64,000 bases of DNA. Source: Candidatus Parcubacteria bacterium (GTDB taxonomy: Bacteria > Patescibacteriota > Minisyncoccia > Minisyncoccales > JAGLUP01). The stretch lies in the NCBI GenBank assembly GCA_023134715.1, contig JAGLUP010000005.1, positions 8,782 to 72,781 on the forward strand. Direction: 5' to 3'. A model generated the notes under the pieces. It was given only the letters and a program-made list of their open reading frames with translations. It did not search any database and was not told the DNA's origin. Each line of letters opens with the position of its first letter. The first letter of the stretch is position 1. The translations under genes were made by a program, and so were the position numbers. Below are positions 8,047-16,344 of this stretch, one piece after another.

Positions 8047-9755
8047 AAAAAATGTTAAAATTAAATAATATGTTTCTAAAATCAAAAAAAGGATTCACGC
8101 TCATAGAGCTTTTAGTAGCAATAGCTATTTTAGGATTATTATCTTCTATGGTTCTTGTTCATCTGAAAAACGCTAAGGCGTCAGCCAGAGACGGTGAAAG
8201 AAAAGGAGAAGTGGATTCTATTCGTAAAGCATTGGCTTTTTACTACACAGAGCATGGTGAATATCCTGAATCTGAGGAATGGATATCTCTTGAAAAAGAC
8301 GCAAAAGATAATGGCCTCATATCTCAAGCGTTAGCAGAATGGCTTCCTGATATGCCTGAAGATCCTCTTTGGGAAAAAACCAAAGATAATGGAGAACCTT
8401 TTTCCTACCAATACTCTACAGAAGGCACTGAGGGTCAGGGATATAAAATTCACAGTGAAATGGAAGGTGAGTCCTATTCTTCTCACGAAACTTATTCTAA
8501 CGGTGGAGGAGGGATAGTTTATACTACTATGCCTGTGGCCAATTTCACTGCAACGCCCACCAGTGGAAATATACCGTTAGTAGTAAGCTTTACAGATACT
8601 TCAGTTTCAGGTGAAGAAATTATTAAATGGGAATGGGACTTTGATAACGATAGTATAATTGACAGCATGGCGCAAAATCCAATGCATATATATGCTGAAG
8701 CAGGAGAATATACTGTAAATTTAACAATTTATGAAACAGATGGAGATAGTGATACAGAAATAAAAACGGATTATATCACAGTTGAAGGAGAAGAAATAAA
8801 CCACCCCCCATTTACACCTGCCAATCCATCGCCTTCTAATAGCGCAATAGATGTATCAATAGATACGGTTTTGAGCTGGACAGGCGGCGATCCGGACACT
8901 GAAGATACAGTGACCTACGATGTCTACTTTGGCACTAGCGCATTTCCGCCATTGATTTCAGAAAATCAATTGGAAACTTCTTATAATCCAGGCACGTTGA
9001 ATTACAACACAAAATATTATTGGCAGATAACAGCAATTGACAATCACGGTTCTTTTACTGAAGGTGATATCTGGAATTTCACTACTGGAGAAGAGATAGT
9101 AGTTAGCTGCGCTGGAGAATGGCATTTTGATGAAGGATGGGGAGATACTACTTATGACGTTTCTGGAAATGATAATCACGGAAATTTAATTAATAATCCT
9201 GCATGGATTGAAGGCAAACTTGGAATGGCTTTAGATTTTAACGGTGAAAATAATTATGTTGACTGCGGCAGTAACGAAAGCTTAGATATTAGTGATGCAA
9301 TTACAATTGAAGCGTGGATAAAAAGAAATACTCATTCGCAAATCATGTATTTTATTGGCAATGCTAATAATGATGGAACACGATCGCAATACAATCTAGG
9401 CGTAGCAGCTGACCATAAATTATATTTTCATTGCGCTGGCAGCTCAGGATCCATAACTCTTAAGGGAGACATTATTATTCCAGAAACAGAATGGACACAT
9501 GTTGCTATGGTTAGAGAATCCTCTTCTGGAACAATTAAACTTTACGTAAATGGAACAAAAGAGGACCAAGAAGGGATTTCTGACCCTACTAAAATTGCTA
9601 TCTTTTCAGAATGCGGAAACACAACAATAGGCAAATTTGGCGAATATGCATTTATCGGCGGCTATCCTTTTGATGGCGTGATTGATGAAGTAAAAATTTG
9701 GAATGGCGCATTATCTCCAGAAGAAATCAACGCTTCCTACCAAGCAGGATTGTAA
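8043..9755 (+). CDS. Large type IV pilin-like protein: prepilin N-terminus + PKD + FN3-like + LamG/ConA-like lectin domain
   Basis: It has the class III signal KKGFTLIELLVAIAILGLLSSMVLV. A PKD-like segment reads FTATPTSGNIPLVVSFTDTS...WDFDNDS...HIYAEAGEYTVNLT, and an FN3-like segment reads VLSWTGGDPDTEDTVTYDVYFG...YYWQI. LamG_3-like motifs are HFDEG..DVSGNDNHG and DEVKIWNGALSPEEI. An alternative start is at 8070. Confidence 0.8.
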   Translation: MKKMLKLNNMFLKSKKGFTLIELLVAIAILGLLSSMVLVHLKNAKASARDGERKGEVDSIRKALAFYYTEHGEYPESEEWISLEKDAKDNGLISQALAEWLPDMPEDPLWEKTKDNGEPFSYQYSTEGTEGQGYKIHSEMEGESYSSHETYSNGGGGIVYTTMPVANFTATPTSGNIPLVVSFTDTSVSGEEIIKWEWDFDNDSIIDSMAQNPMHIYAEAGEYTVNLTIYETDGDSDTEIKTDYITVEGEEINHPPFTPANPSPSNSAIDVSIDTVLSWTGGDPDTEDTVTYDVYFGTSAFPPLISENQLETSYNPGTLNYNTKYYWQITAIDNHGSFTEGDIWNFTTGEEIVVSCAGEWHFDEGWGDTTYDVSGNDNHGNLINNPAWIEGKLGMALDFNGENNYVDCGSNESLDISDAITIEAWIKRNTHSQIMYFIGNANNDGTRSQYNLGVAADHKLYFHCAGSSGSITLKGDIIIPETEWTHVAMVRESSSGTIKLYVNGTKEDQEGISDPTKIAIFSECGNTTIGKFGEYAFIGGYPFDGVIDEVKIWNGALSPEEINASYQAGL

Positions 9756-9781
9756 AATATTATTTATCAAATTATCTACTA

Positions 9782-9805
9782 AAAAACCGCATTAACGCGG
9801 TTTTT
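9782..9805. terminator. Bidirectional rho-independent terminator between the pilin gene and rplT
   Basis: aaaaaccgc-attaac-gcggttttt forms a stem flanked by an A-run and a T-run. Confidence 0.7.
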
Positions 9806-9806
9806 A

Positions 9807-9834
9807 GTTTAAGGTTTAAGGTTTAAGGTTTAGA
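9807..9834. repeat. Heptamer tandem repeat (GTTTAAG)x3 + GTTTAGA spanning the rplT stop codon
   Basis: Read directly from the sequence: gtttaag gtttaag gtttaag gtttaga. Confidence 0.8.
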
Positions 9835-10182
9835 GTTGACTTTGGTTTTTTCTACGATTTTCTGAAAAATTTCCGGCTTATTCTTGGCTAAATCAGATAA
9901 AATTTTTCTATCCAGTTCAATTTTATTTTTCTTTAATCCAGCGATAAATTTGCTGTAAGTCGTCCCAAGTTTGCGGCATCCAGCATTTATTTGAATCTGC
10001 CAAAGCCGGCGAAAATCTCTTTTCTTTGTTCTCCTGTCTCTATAAGCGTAAGATAAAGCATGCGCTAAAGCGTCTTTCGCTAAACGAAATTTTGATTTTC
10101 TTCCCCAGCGAAAACCTTTTGTCTGCTTTAAAACTTTTTTCCGCCGTTTACTGGCGGTTGTTCCTCGTTTAACTCTAACCAT
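9823..10182 (-). CDS. rplT: 50S ribosomal protein L20
   Basis: The sequence MVRVKRGTTASKRRKKVLKQTKGFRWGRK...AYRDRRTKKRDFRRLWIQ... is the canonical L20 pattern. Confidence 0.95.
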   Translation of the reverse strand: MVRVKRGTTASKRRKKVLKQTKGFRWGRKSKFRLAKDALAHALSYAYRDRRTKKRDFRRLWQIQINAGCRKLGTTYSKFIAGLKKNKIELDRKILSDLAKNKPEIFQKIVEKTKVNSKP

Positions 10183-10184
10183 AT

Positions 10185-10370
10185 TTAAAATTTAAGATAT
10201 TGTTTAACCTTTTTAGCTAAAGGCCCGGAAACTTTAACCCACTTCCGAGCTTCTCTTATTTTCTTACCGCTTTTTTTTGACAAAAAATGGTTTTGCCCAA
10301 TAGCTCTGCGGAGAATTTTTCCGGTCTTAGTAATTTTAAACCTTTTTGTAATTGATTTGCGTGTCTTCAT
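10185..10370 (-). CDS. rpmI: 50S ribosomal protein L35
   Basis: 61 aa, MKTRKSITKRFKITKTGKILRR...HFLSKKS, located between infC and rplT. Confidence 0.9.
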   Translation of the reverse strand: MKTRKSITKRFKITKTGKILRRAIGQNHFLSKKSGKKIREARKWVKVSGPLAKKVKQYLKF

Positions 10371-10375
10371 TGTAA

Positions 10376-10882
10376 TTATTCTTTAGATATAATCATTGTG
10401 AATCCTCTTGCTTCTCGTTTAAGCTCTCGTTCAATTTTGAGCGGAGTTGATTTTTCTAATATCTCTAAAAATTGCTTTATTTTCTCTTTAGCAAAATCAG
10501 GAAGCGCCTTTTCTCTGCCTCTCAGAACCATATCTATTCTAACCTTATCTCCTTTTTTTAAAAACTTTTCCGCTTGCCTCGCTCTTGTTTCCATATCGTG
10601 CGTAGAAATATTAAACCTTAGTCGTATTCCTTTTAATTCACCGCCTTTTTTTATTTGTGTTGTTTTCTTTTTCTTTCCCTGCTGATAAAGATATTTCCCT
10701 TGGTCAATTATCTTGCATACTGGGGGAGTAACCTTGTCAGTAACCTGAACTAAATCTAAATTGCGCTCCCTGCTGATTTGGAGCGCTTTTGTTAAATCCA
10801 TAACTCCCAACTGCTTTCCAGTTTCGTCAACTACTCTTACAGGAGAAACTCTTATGTAATTGTTGATATATGTTCTTTTCAC
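10376..10882 (-). CDS. infC: Translation initiation factor IF-3; start re-set to GTG at 10882
   Basis: It contains INNYIRVSPVRVVDETGKQLG...PPVCKIIDQGKYLYQ. The ATG of the ORF track (10915) lies inside the tmRNA T-arm/acceptor. The first in-frame start after the tmRNA is GTG (10882-10880). A nearby ATH codon is also possible. Confidence 0.8.
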   Translation of the reverse strand: MKRTYINNYIRVSPVRVVDETGKQLGVMDLTKALQISRERNLDLVQVTDKVTPPVCKIIDQGKYLYQQGKKKKTTQIKKGGELKGIRLRFNISTHDMETRARQAEKFLKKGDKVRIDMVLRGREKALPDFAKEKIKQFLEILEKSTPLKIERELKREARGFTMIISKE

Positions 10883-10884
10883 TG

Positions 10885-11279
10885 TGGAGACGAAGGGAAT
10901 TGCACCCATGTCCAAAAATTGTTTTAAAATAATTCTACAAGCTTAGTTTGTTTAAATTTTTCAAAATGCTGAATAGAAACAAACAAAATTTCAGCATTCT
11001 TAGCCCCTAAATTTTTAATAATTATCTGGAGCAAAATAATTATCTATCTCGCTAATATAACACCTAATTTTACCTAGCGAGAATCAGTAAATTAGATGGC
11101 TTACGCTCTTTAGGCGTAAACTGGAACTAAGCCACCCCGACCACCGAAAACGGCAGCAACAGCGGTTTTAGCTTTTTCAAATAAGTTTACACTTATATGA
11201 TTTGCCAGCAGTTTTATAAGGAGCTGACACCTTAGCCTGCTTATTTTAAGTTAAATTCCTGTCAAAGCTATGCGTCCCC
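10885..11279 (-). ncRNA. ssrA: tmRNA (SsrA)
   Basis: The 5' end ggggacgcatagctttgacagg and the 3' end ggacatgggtgcaattcccttcgtctcca are present. The acceptor ggggacg/cgtctcc has a G3-U pair, and the T-loop-like segment is gggtgcaattccc. A candidate tag ORF runs from GCA (11205) to TAA (11110). The RNA lies directly downstream of smpB. Confidence 0.8.
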
Positions 11280-11291
11280 GAAACTTTGGAT

Positions 11292-11738
11292 TTAATCCTT
11301 TAGGATTCTACTTTTTTCTCTTTCAAAATCTCTTTTTTTAATTGTTTCTCTCTTGTCAACTTTCTTTTTTCCCTTAGCAATCGCAAATTCTATCTTTATA
11401 TTTCCTTTTTCAGTATAAACCATTAAGGGCGCTAATGTCAAGCCCTTTTGCTTTGATTTTCCGATTAAATACTGAATTTCCGATTTTTTTAAAAGAAGTT
11501 TACGGGAACGGGAAGAAATATAATCTTTAGGCGCGTTCCTTGGCTGATAAGCGGGAATTTCAGCACCGATTAACCAAACTTCCTGGCTTTTATCAATTAC
11601 AACATAAGAGCCCTTCAGCGATATATGCCCTGTTTTTATTGATTTTACCTCTGTCCCGATCAAAACTATTCCAGCTTTAAATTTTTCCAGAATTTCGTAA
11701 TCAAAATACGCTTTTTTATTTTTAGCAATAATTTTCAT
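11292..11738 (-). CDS. smpB: SsrA-binding protein SmpB
   Basis: 148 aa with NKKAYFDYEILEKFKAGIVLIGTEVKS...GLTLAPL. Confidence 0.95.
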   Translation of the reverse strand: MKIIAKNKKAYFDYEILEKFKAGIVLIGTEVKSIKTGHISLKGSYVVIDKSQEVWLIGAEIPAYQPRNAPKDYISSRSRKLLLKKSEIQYLIGKSKQKGLTLAPLMVYTEKGNIKIEFAIAKGKKKVDKRETIKKRDFEREKSRILKD

Positions 11739-11747
11739 TGATTTAAT

Positions 11748-12614
11748 TTAACATATCTTTTGAAAAAATTCTATTGCGGCGTAGCCGACTACTTTCTGTT
11801 TTTCGCCAGCAGTATCGCCCGAATGAGCGTATTTTAAAACACGGGCTTGGGCGCCTAAATTTTTCATAACATAAAGCAATGTTTTTACTGAATCCTCGGC
11901 GCAAAGAAAAGTTTCAATATTAGAAATATTTTCTTTTTCTAATTTTCTTAAAACTTGAGATAATTTTTGAGGATCGCAGGATAAAATCCCCTCAATCGTT
12001 TTTTTGTCTGCTTTTTCAGCGTCTTTTTTGTAGGGATAATGAGACAAGTCAGACGAAGCAATAATTAAAATTCTTTTTGCCTGGCAATGTTTTAAAATTG
12101 CTTTTCCTAATTCTTCCCAATCTTTATTTTCGCTTCCGATAATAATTGGAATAATTTTAAAATCTTTTAAGACCCTTTGCAAAAAGGGGAGCTGAACCTC
12201 AATTGAATGCTCTTGAAGATGAGCTGAGCTTTTAAAGAAAAATCTGTCTGATTCAGAGTTTATCTTTTGAGCTAAATCTTTATTAATTTTTACTTTTCCC
12301 AAAGGAGTAAGCCATTCTCCTCTGTCATAAATAGAAACACTATCAAAATATTCATAATGGCTGTCTCCTATTATAATCACAGTATCAATTTTTTCTTTGC
12401 TTAATTTTTTAAACCCGAAACAAGCGACTGAACCAGAATATGCATAATCAGCATGAGGCAGAACTAATCCTAAAATCCTGGCTTTTGTTTCTGACACCGA
12501 GGTCTTTTTTAAAAAATTATCAATCATTTTTTCTAATTCCTGTTTTTCTTCAGGATAAAAAAACCCGGCAAGAGCAGGCGGCCTAACTTTTTCAGAATTT
12601 TCGTAATTTAACAT
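11748..12614 (-). CDS. MEMO1-family protein (AmmeMemoRadiSam system protein B-like)
   Basis: It has PPALAGFFYP, LPHADYAYSG, GDSHY and SSDLSHY motifs. Confidence 0.8.
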   Translation of the reverse strand: MLNYENSEKVRPPALAGFFYPEEKQELEKMIDNFLKKTSVSETKARILGLVLPHADYAYSGSVACFGFKKLSKEKIDTVIIIGDSHYEYFDSVSIYDRGEWLTPLGKVKINKDLAQKINSESDRFFFKSSAHLQEHSIEVQLPFLQRVLKDFKIIPIIIGSENKDWEELGKAILKHCQAKRILIIASSDLSHYPYKKDAEKADKKTIEGILSCDPQKLSQVLRKLEKENISNIETFLCAEDSVKTLLYVMKNLGAQARVLKYAHSGDTAGEKQKVVGYAAIEFFQKIC

Positions 12615-14167
12615 TATTTATTTAAATAAGAACGAGTTGAAGCTCCGACAAAACCGGTTCCTTTTTTAAGCCCTACAGATTCAAGGATTTCTGAAGAATG
12701 TTTTTCTTGAAATTTAATTACTGCTTGATTAGTAATTAAACCAAAGTAACCGGTTGCCTCAACATCAGGTCTTTGCCATACTTTTTCAGCAATCAAAACT
12801 CTCTGCAGCTCTTCAACATCTTCTCCTCTCATTCCTAATGATAAATTTCGAGACCAAACTAAAATTTGTTTTTTAGCAACTACTGATAGCAAAGAAGCTT
12901 TTTCAAAAAATTCTTTTGTTTCTTTGCCAAAATAACCGGTTCCTTTTTCTAAGCCCATTGGTTTCAAAATTTGGTATTTGTATTTTTCTTGAAATTGAGA
13001 CAAAGCTTTTTGAGTAATTATTCCAAAATACCCAGTAGCTTCAACTTCTGAATCCCAGACCCCTTCATTAATTAAAACTTTCTGAAGCGTCTTCACGTCT
13101 TCGCCACGTGACCCCAGTCCTAAATTTCTTTGCCATAAAGAAGCAGGGAATAAAACTAAATCTTTTTTAGCATTTTTAAGCAATCCATAATAATCAAATG
13201 TTCTAACTTCAACGTCTTGGCTAAACAAATTAGCTATATCTTCATTTATCTCTTCTAATTCTTGCTTTGTTAAACTTACCGGATAACCAAAATGTCCTCC
13301 AAATTTCCAATAACTGCCATCTGCTTCTGAAAAACTATCAGCAATGAGAAAAACTCTAATTTTTGCTCTACTTTCGCTAATTTCAGACGCGCCGCTAATT
13401 GAAATCGGATAATAAAGAGAATCAGAATTAAATCTATAAATTAACGGCTTAATGCTTTCTTCTCCTTGTTTACTGCTAATAACATCAAAAACAAAATATC
13501 TTATGTCCCGTTTTAAGTAACTATCAACTCCTGCCCTAAACTCTGAAGAAATTTTATGTTTTGTAATCTTGCCGCCAGAGCAACTTCCCGGACCACCGCA
13601 GTCCTCGCATGTCAGACAACTTGGTATACACTTTCTCACGCATCCTTCAGGACATGTGCTATAATGATATTTCCCGCATTCTGATTCATATGTTAAAGAA
13701 AATCCTTTATCTTTGGCAAAACCTTTAACCCAATTCAAAAAATAATCTAAATTATTTATTTTTACCACAGTAACATCATGAGCTCCAATGATTTTATGAA
13801 AAGTAATTTCTATTCCCGGAGCAGGGACATTTTTATGTCCTTCTCCTGTGGTCTGCCAACTATCTCTTACTTCTTCTATCTTCTTATTCATAATCTCCAC
13901 TATTTTTTCAAAGGACTCAAAGCTTCCCTGTTTTATTTCTGTTGGATTAGATGGCAATGGCACCATTCTTAAAGCAGTAGACGAGGCAGATCCCTTTATG
14001 TCATTAGAAAGAATTATTATTTCCTCTTCTCCATTCCACGCTACAATCGCATTTTGAGCTGATTGGTCTAAATAAACATCAGGAGGCCAAATCATCATTC
14101 CTCCATCAGCAAAAACAAAACATGGAATTATCAAAAAAGAAAAAAGTAAAATTATTTTTAGCTTCAT
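12614..14167 (-). CDS. Secreted protein: DUF2330-like N-region, Cys-rich cluster, two C-terminal peptidoglycan-binding (PG_binding_1) repeats
   Basis: It has a signal peptide, the Cys-rich cluster CGKYHYSTCPEGCVRKCIPSCLTCEDCGGPGSC, and two repeats of G.RGEDV..LQ.VLI.E.VW....ATGYFG.IT..A...FQEK. Confidence 0.65.
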   Translation of the reverse strand: MKLKIILLFSFLIIPCFVFADGGMMIWPPDVYLDQSAQNAIVAWNGEEEIIILSNDIKGSASSTALRMVPLPSNPTEIKQGSFESFEKIVEIMNKKIEEVRDSWQTTGEGHKNVPAPGIEITFHKIIGAHDVTVVKINNLDYFLNWVKGFAKDKGFSLTYESECGKYHYSTCPEGCVRKCIPSCLTCEDCGGPGSCSGGKITKHKISSEFRAGVDSYLKRDIRYFVFDVISSKQGEESIKPLIYRFNSDSLYYPISISGASEISESRAKIRVFLIADSFSEADGSYWKFGGHFGYPVSLTKQELEEINEDIANLFSQDVEVRTFDYYGLLKNAKKDLVLFPASLWQRNLGLGSRGEDVKTLQKVLINEGVWDSEVEATGYFGIITQKALSQFQEKYKYQILKPMGLEKGTGYFGKETKEFFEKASLLSVVAKKQILVWSRNLSLGMRGEDVEELQRVLIAEKVWQRPDVEATGYFGLITNQAVIKFQEKHSSEILESVGLKKGTGFVGASTRSYLNK

Positions 14168-14223
14168 ATTTTATTATTTTAACATATCATCTTTGAATTA
14201 CAAAATAGAAAACAAAAAAAATA

Positions 14224-14340
14224 AATTTTTGAATGCGAGAATTCTGGATTTTCTGAGACGCGTAGGGTTCCCCCGTCCCGATAGTTTTCGCCTATCGGGA
14301 CGGAGGGATAAAGCGCGAAGAAAATCCAGATTCGAGCAAT
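14224..14340. repeat. About 110-bp composite palindrome with a GC-rich core; its left 36 nt recur at 26531-26566
   Basis: The inner perfect 12-bp stem is ccgtcccgatag/ctatcgggacgg. The outer imperfect arms are gcgagaattctggattttct / agaaaatccagattcgagc. Positions 14224-14259 match 26531-26566 at 34/36. Confidence 0.75.
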
Positions 14341-14399
14341 GAAAAAATAAATAATTTCCAAAATTTGGTTTTCGGAGTTTTCTATAGCTTAAGTATTTA

Positions 14400-15644
14400 T
14401 TAAAATAAAGTATTTTGTGTTGCAAAATTTTTCTTTTCTGCTTTGGAAAAAATCCTGACTTTGCCAAATACTCCGTCATAGCCCGGCTCAATATTAACTT
14501 TTCCCTGTCTTACTCTTATAATCGCTTCAGCAATTTCTGGCAAAGCAGCGCTTTTTAATTCGTCATTAGAAGCATCAAGCAAAATTTCAAATTCGTTTCC
14601 TAAATTTTTAATCAAATTATTATACTCTTTGCCAACTGTTTTCGTCCCCACACCTTTTCCCAAACATTCAGCAATAATCTCTGTTAAAGGAATCAAACTC
14701 TTAAAAGGAATTACACCTTTGGGCTTAAATCCTTCTGGTCTGTCAGCTAATTGAGCAACTCTGTTTAAAACTCCTACGGTCAATGGCCTGCCGCAGCGAG
14801 GACAGATATTATTATATTTTTTTGATTCCTGAGGATTAAGGCAGATATCACAGCTTCTATGTCCGTCATAATGATACTTGCCTTCTTGAGGAAAAAATTC
14901 AATTGTATAAAGAAATTTCTGAGTATCTTTTAATTTTATCGCATTGATAATCGCTGAATAACTAAGCTCTGTGTTAAAAACATTTACCTCTCTACCCATT
15001 TTAGCCAAACTATGCGCGTCGCTGTTTGATATTAAAGTAACTTTATCTAAACCTGATAAGCGCCAATTCATTGAAGGGTCAGAGCTTAAACCGGTCTCAA
15101 CAGCATAAATATATTTTGAATACTCTTCAAAGCACTCTTCAATAGAGTCAAAACCGGACTTAGAGCCGAGCAGACCAAACCATGGAGTCCAAAGATGCGC
15201 CGGAACAACCAAGCAATTTTCTGAAATGTTTAATACAATCTTAGCTAATTCTTTAGCGTCTAACCCTAAAATTGGCCGACCATCGGCTTTTAAATTTCCA
15301 ATCTTGCCAAGTTCAGTATTTATTTTTTCAACTATTTCCAAGCTGGGAGCAAAAACCACAATGTGGATTTTCCGAACCTTTCCTGCTTTAGAATAAATAC
15401 AACTAATCTCTGTAGTTAAAATAAAACGCGTTCCATTGTCAGTTTTTAATTTAAATAAACCTGTCTCAGCAGATATTAATTTTTCTTTTAATTCTTTAAA
15501 CCATTCTGGATGAGTAAAATCGCCAGTGGTTAAAACTTTAATTCCCTTAATTTTCGCCCATTGAGCCATACTTTCTAAATCCATTTTAGGAGAAGTAGCT
15601 CGTGAATATTTTGAATGAAGATGAAAATCAGCTATAAACTTCAT
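14400..15644 (-). CDS. PHP-domain endonuclease, EndoQ-like
   Basis: The sequence MKFIADFHLHSKYSRATS...TGDFTHP is a PHP N-terminus, and a Zn-ribbon reads CDICLNP...CPRCGRPLT. The size of 414 aa matches endonuclease Q-type proteins as I recall them. Confidence 0.65.
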   Translation of the reverse strand: MKFIADFHLHSKYSRATSPKMDLESMAQWAKIKGIKVLTTGDFTHPEWFKELKEKLISAETGLFKLKTDNGTRFILTTEISCIYSKAGKVRKIHIVVFAPSLEIVEKINTELGKIGNLKADGRPILGLDAKELAKIVLNISENCLVVPAHLWTPWFGLLGSKSGFDSIEECFEEYSKYIYAVETGLSSDPSMNWRLSGLDKVTLISNSDAHSLAKMGREVNVFNTELSYSAIINAIKLKDTQKFLYTIEFFPQEGKYHYDGHRSCDICLNPQESKKYNNICPRCGRPLTVGVLNRVAQLADRPEGFKPKGVIPFKSLIPLTEIIAECLGKGVGTKTVGKEYNNLIKNLGNEFEILLDASNDELKSAALPEIAEAIIRVRQGKVNIEPGYDGVFGKVRIFSKAEKKNFATQNTLF

Positions 15645-15745
15645 GGCAATTATAGTATAGCAGTCCTTGCAAAATTTTTAAATATCATTTAGAATGAGAA
15701 TGGTTGTTTAAAAACTAAATTAGTAAAAATAATAGGTGGAATAAA

Positions 15746-16327
15746 ATGAAAATGCCAGAAATTCTTAAAAAAATAATTGCCAAATTTTCCAAAAAAGAAG
15801 AAAATATCGGAGAAGAAGAAAAGAAAAAAATAACAATATTTGTTGACGGGGATAATTTTAATTCATCAAGAAGAAATTTAGAAATCGGGCTAATTGATTT
15901 TGAGAAGCTGGAAGAAATATTAGAAAATTTTACAGCAAAATCTTTGAATATAGAAATAGAAAATTTAAAAATAGTTGAAAAAAAATATTATATTTTTGAA
16001 AAAAAACTTTCAAGAGCGCAAAATTTTTTAAACTATTTAAAAAATTTAAAATACGAAATAATAGCCAAACTTCCAGAAAATATTAATATTTACCATGATA
16101 TTATTCGTCATGGCGACTGTCTAAAATTTGACGTTCTAATCCTTGTTTCTATAAATAATAATGTCCTTAAGAAAATAAAATTTATAAAAAAAAGAAGGGG
16201 AAGAAAAACAAGGATAATAATCGTTAATTCTAAAGAAAGATTAAGCGAAGAATTAAAAGAGATAAGCGACGCCTATTTTTATTTGAATGATATAAAAAAT
16301 GAAATTAAACGTTCTATGCCAGAATAA
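15746..16327 (+). CDS. NYN/LabA-like domain protein (possibly degenerate active site)
   Basis: It has ITIFVDGDNFNSS at the N-terminus of the domain, and DVLILVSINNN where SGDSDF is typical. Confidence 0.5.
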   Translation: MKMPEILKKIIAKFSKKEENIGEEEKKKITIFVDGDNFNSSRRNLEIGLIDFEKLEEILENFTAKSLNIEIENLKIVEKKYYIFEKKLSRAQNFLNYLKNLKYEIIAKLPENINIYHDIIRHGDCLKFDVLILVSINNNVLKKIKFIKKRRGRKTRIIIVNSKERLSEELKEISDAYFYLNDIKNEIKRSMPE

Positions 16328-16344
16328 AAAAAACAACTCACCAA

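Noticed and set aside
10883-10915. N-terminal 11 codons (MDMGAIPFVST) of the ORF-track infC model
   Set aside because: These codons are the reverse-strand reading of the tmRNA T-arm and acceptor stem (ggacatgggtgcaattcccttcgtctcca). I moved the infC start to GTG at 10882.
12614-14167. The Cys-rich cluster CGKYHYSTCPEGCVRKCIPSCLTCEDCGGPGSC as a radical-SAM/RiPP-like precursor or ferredoxin motif linked to the Memo-like gene
   Set aside because: It lies within a secreted protein that has a signal peptide and PG-binding repeats. No radical-SAM or AMMECR1 partner gene is present in the window. It is more simply a disulfide or metal-stabilised extracellular insert.
14179-14491. ORFs 14179..14361 and 14198..14491 (and 26412..26594), which share the peptide LRKSRILA[FL]KN
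   Set aside because: The shared peptide is just the translation of the 36-nt DNA repeat. The ORFs span intergenic palindromes and gene ends and have no coding-like composition.
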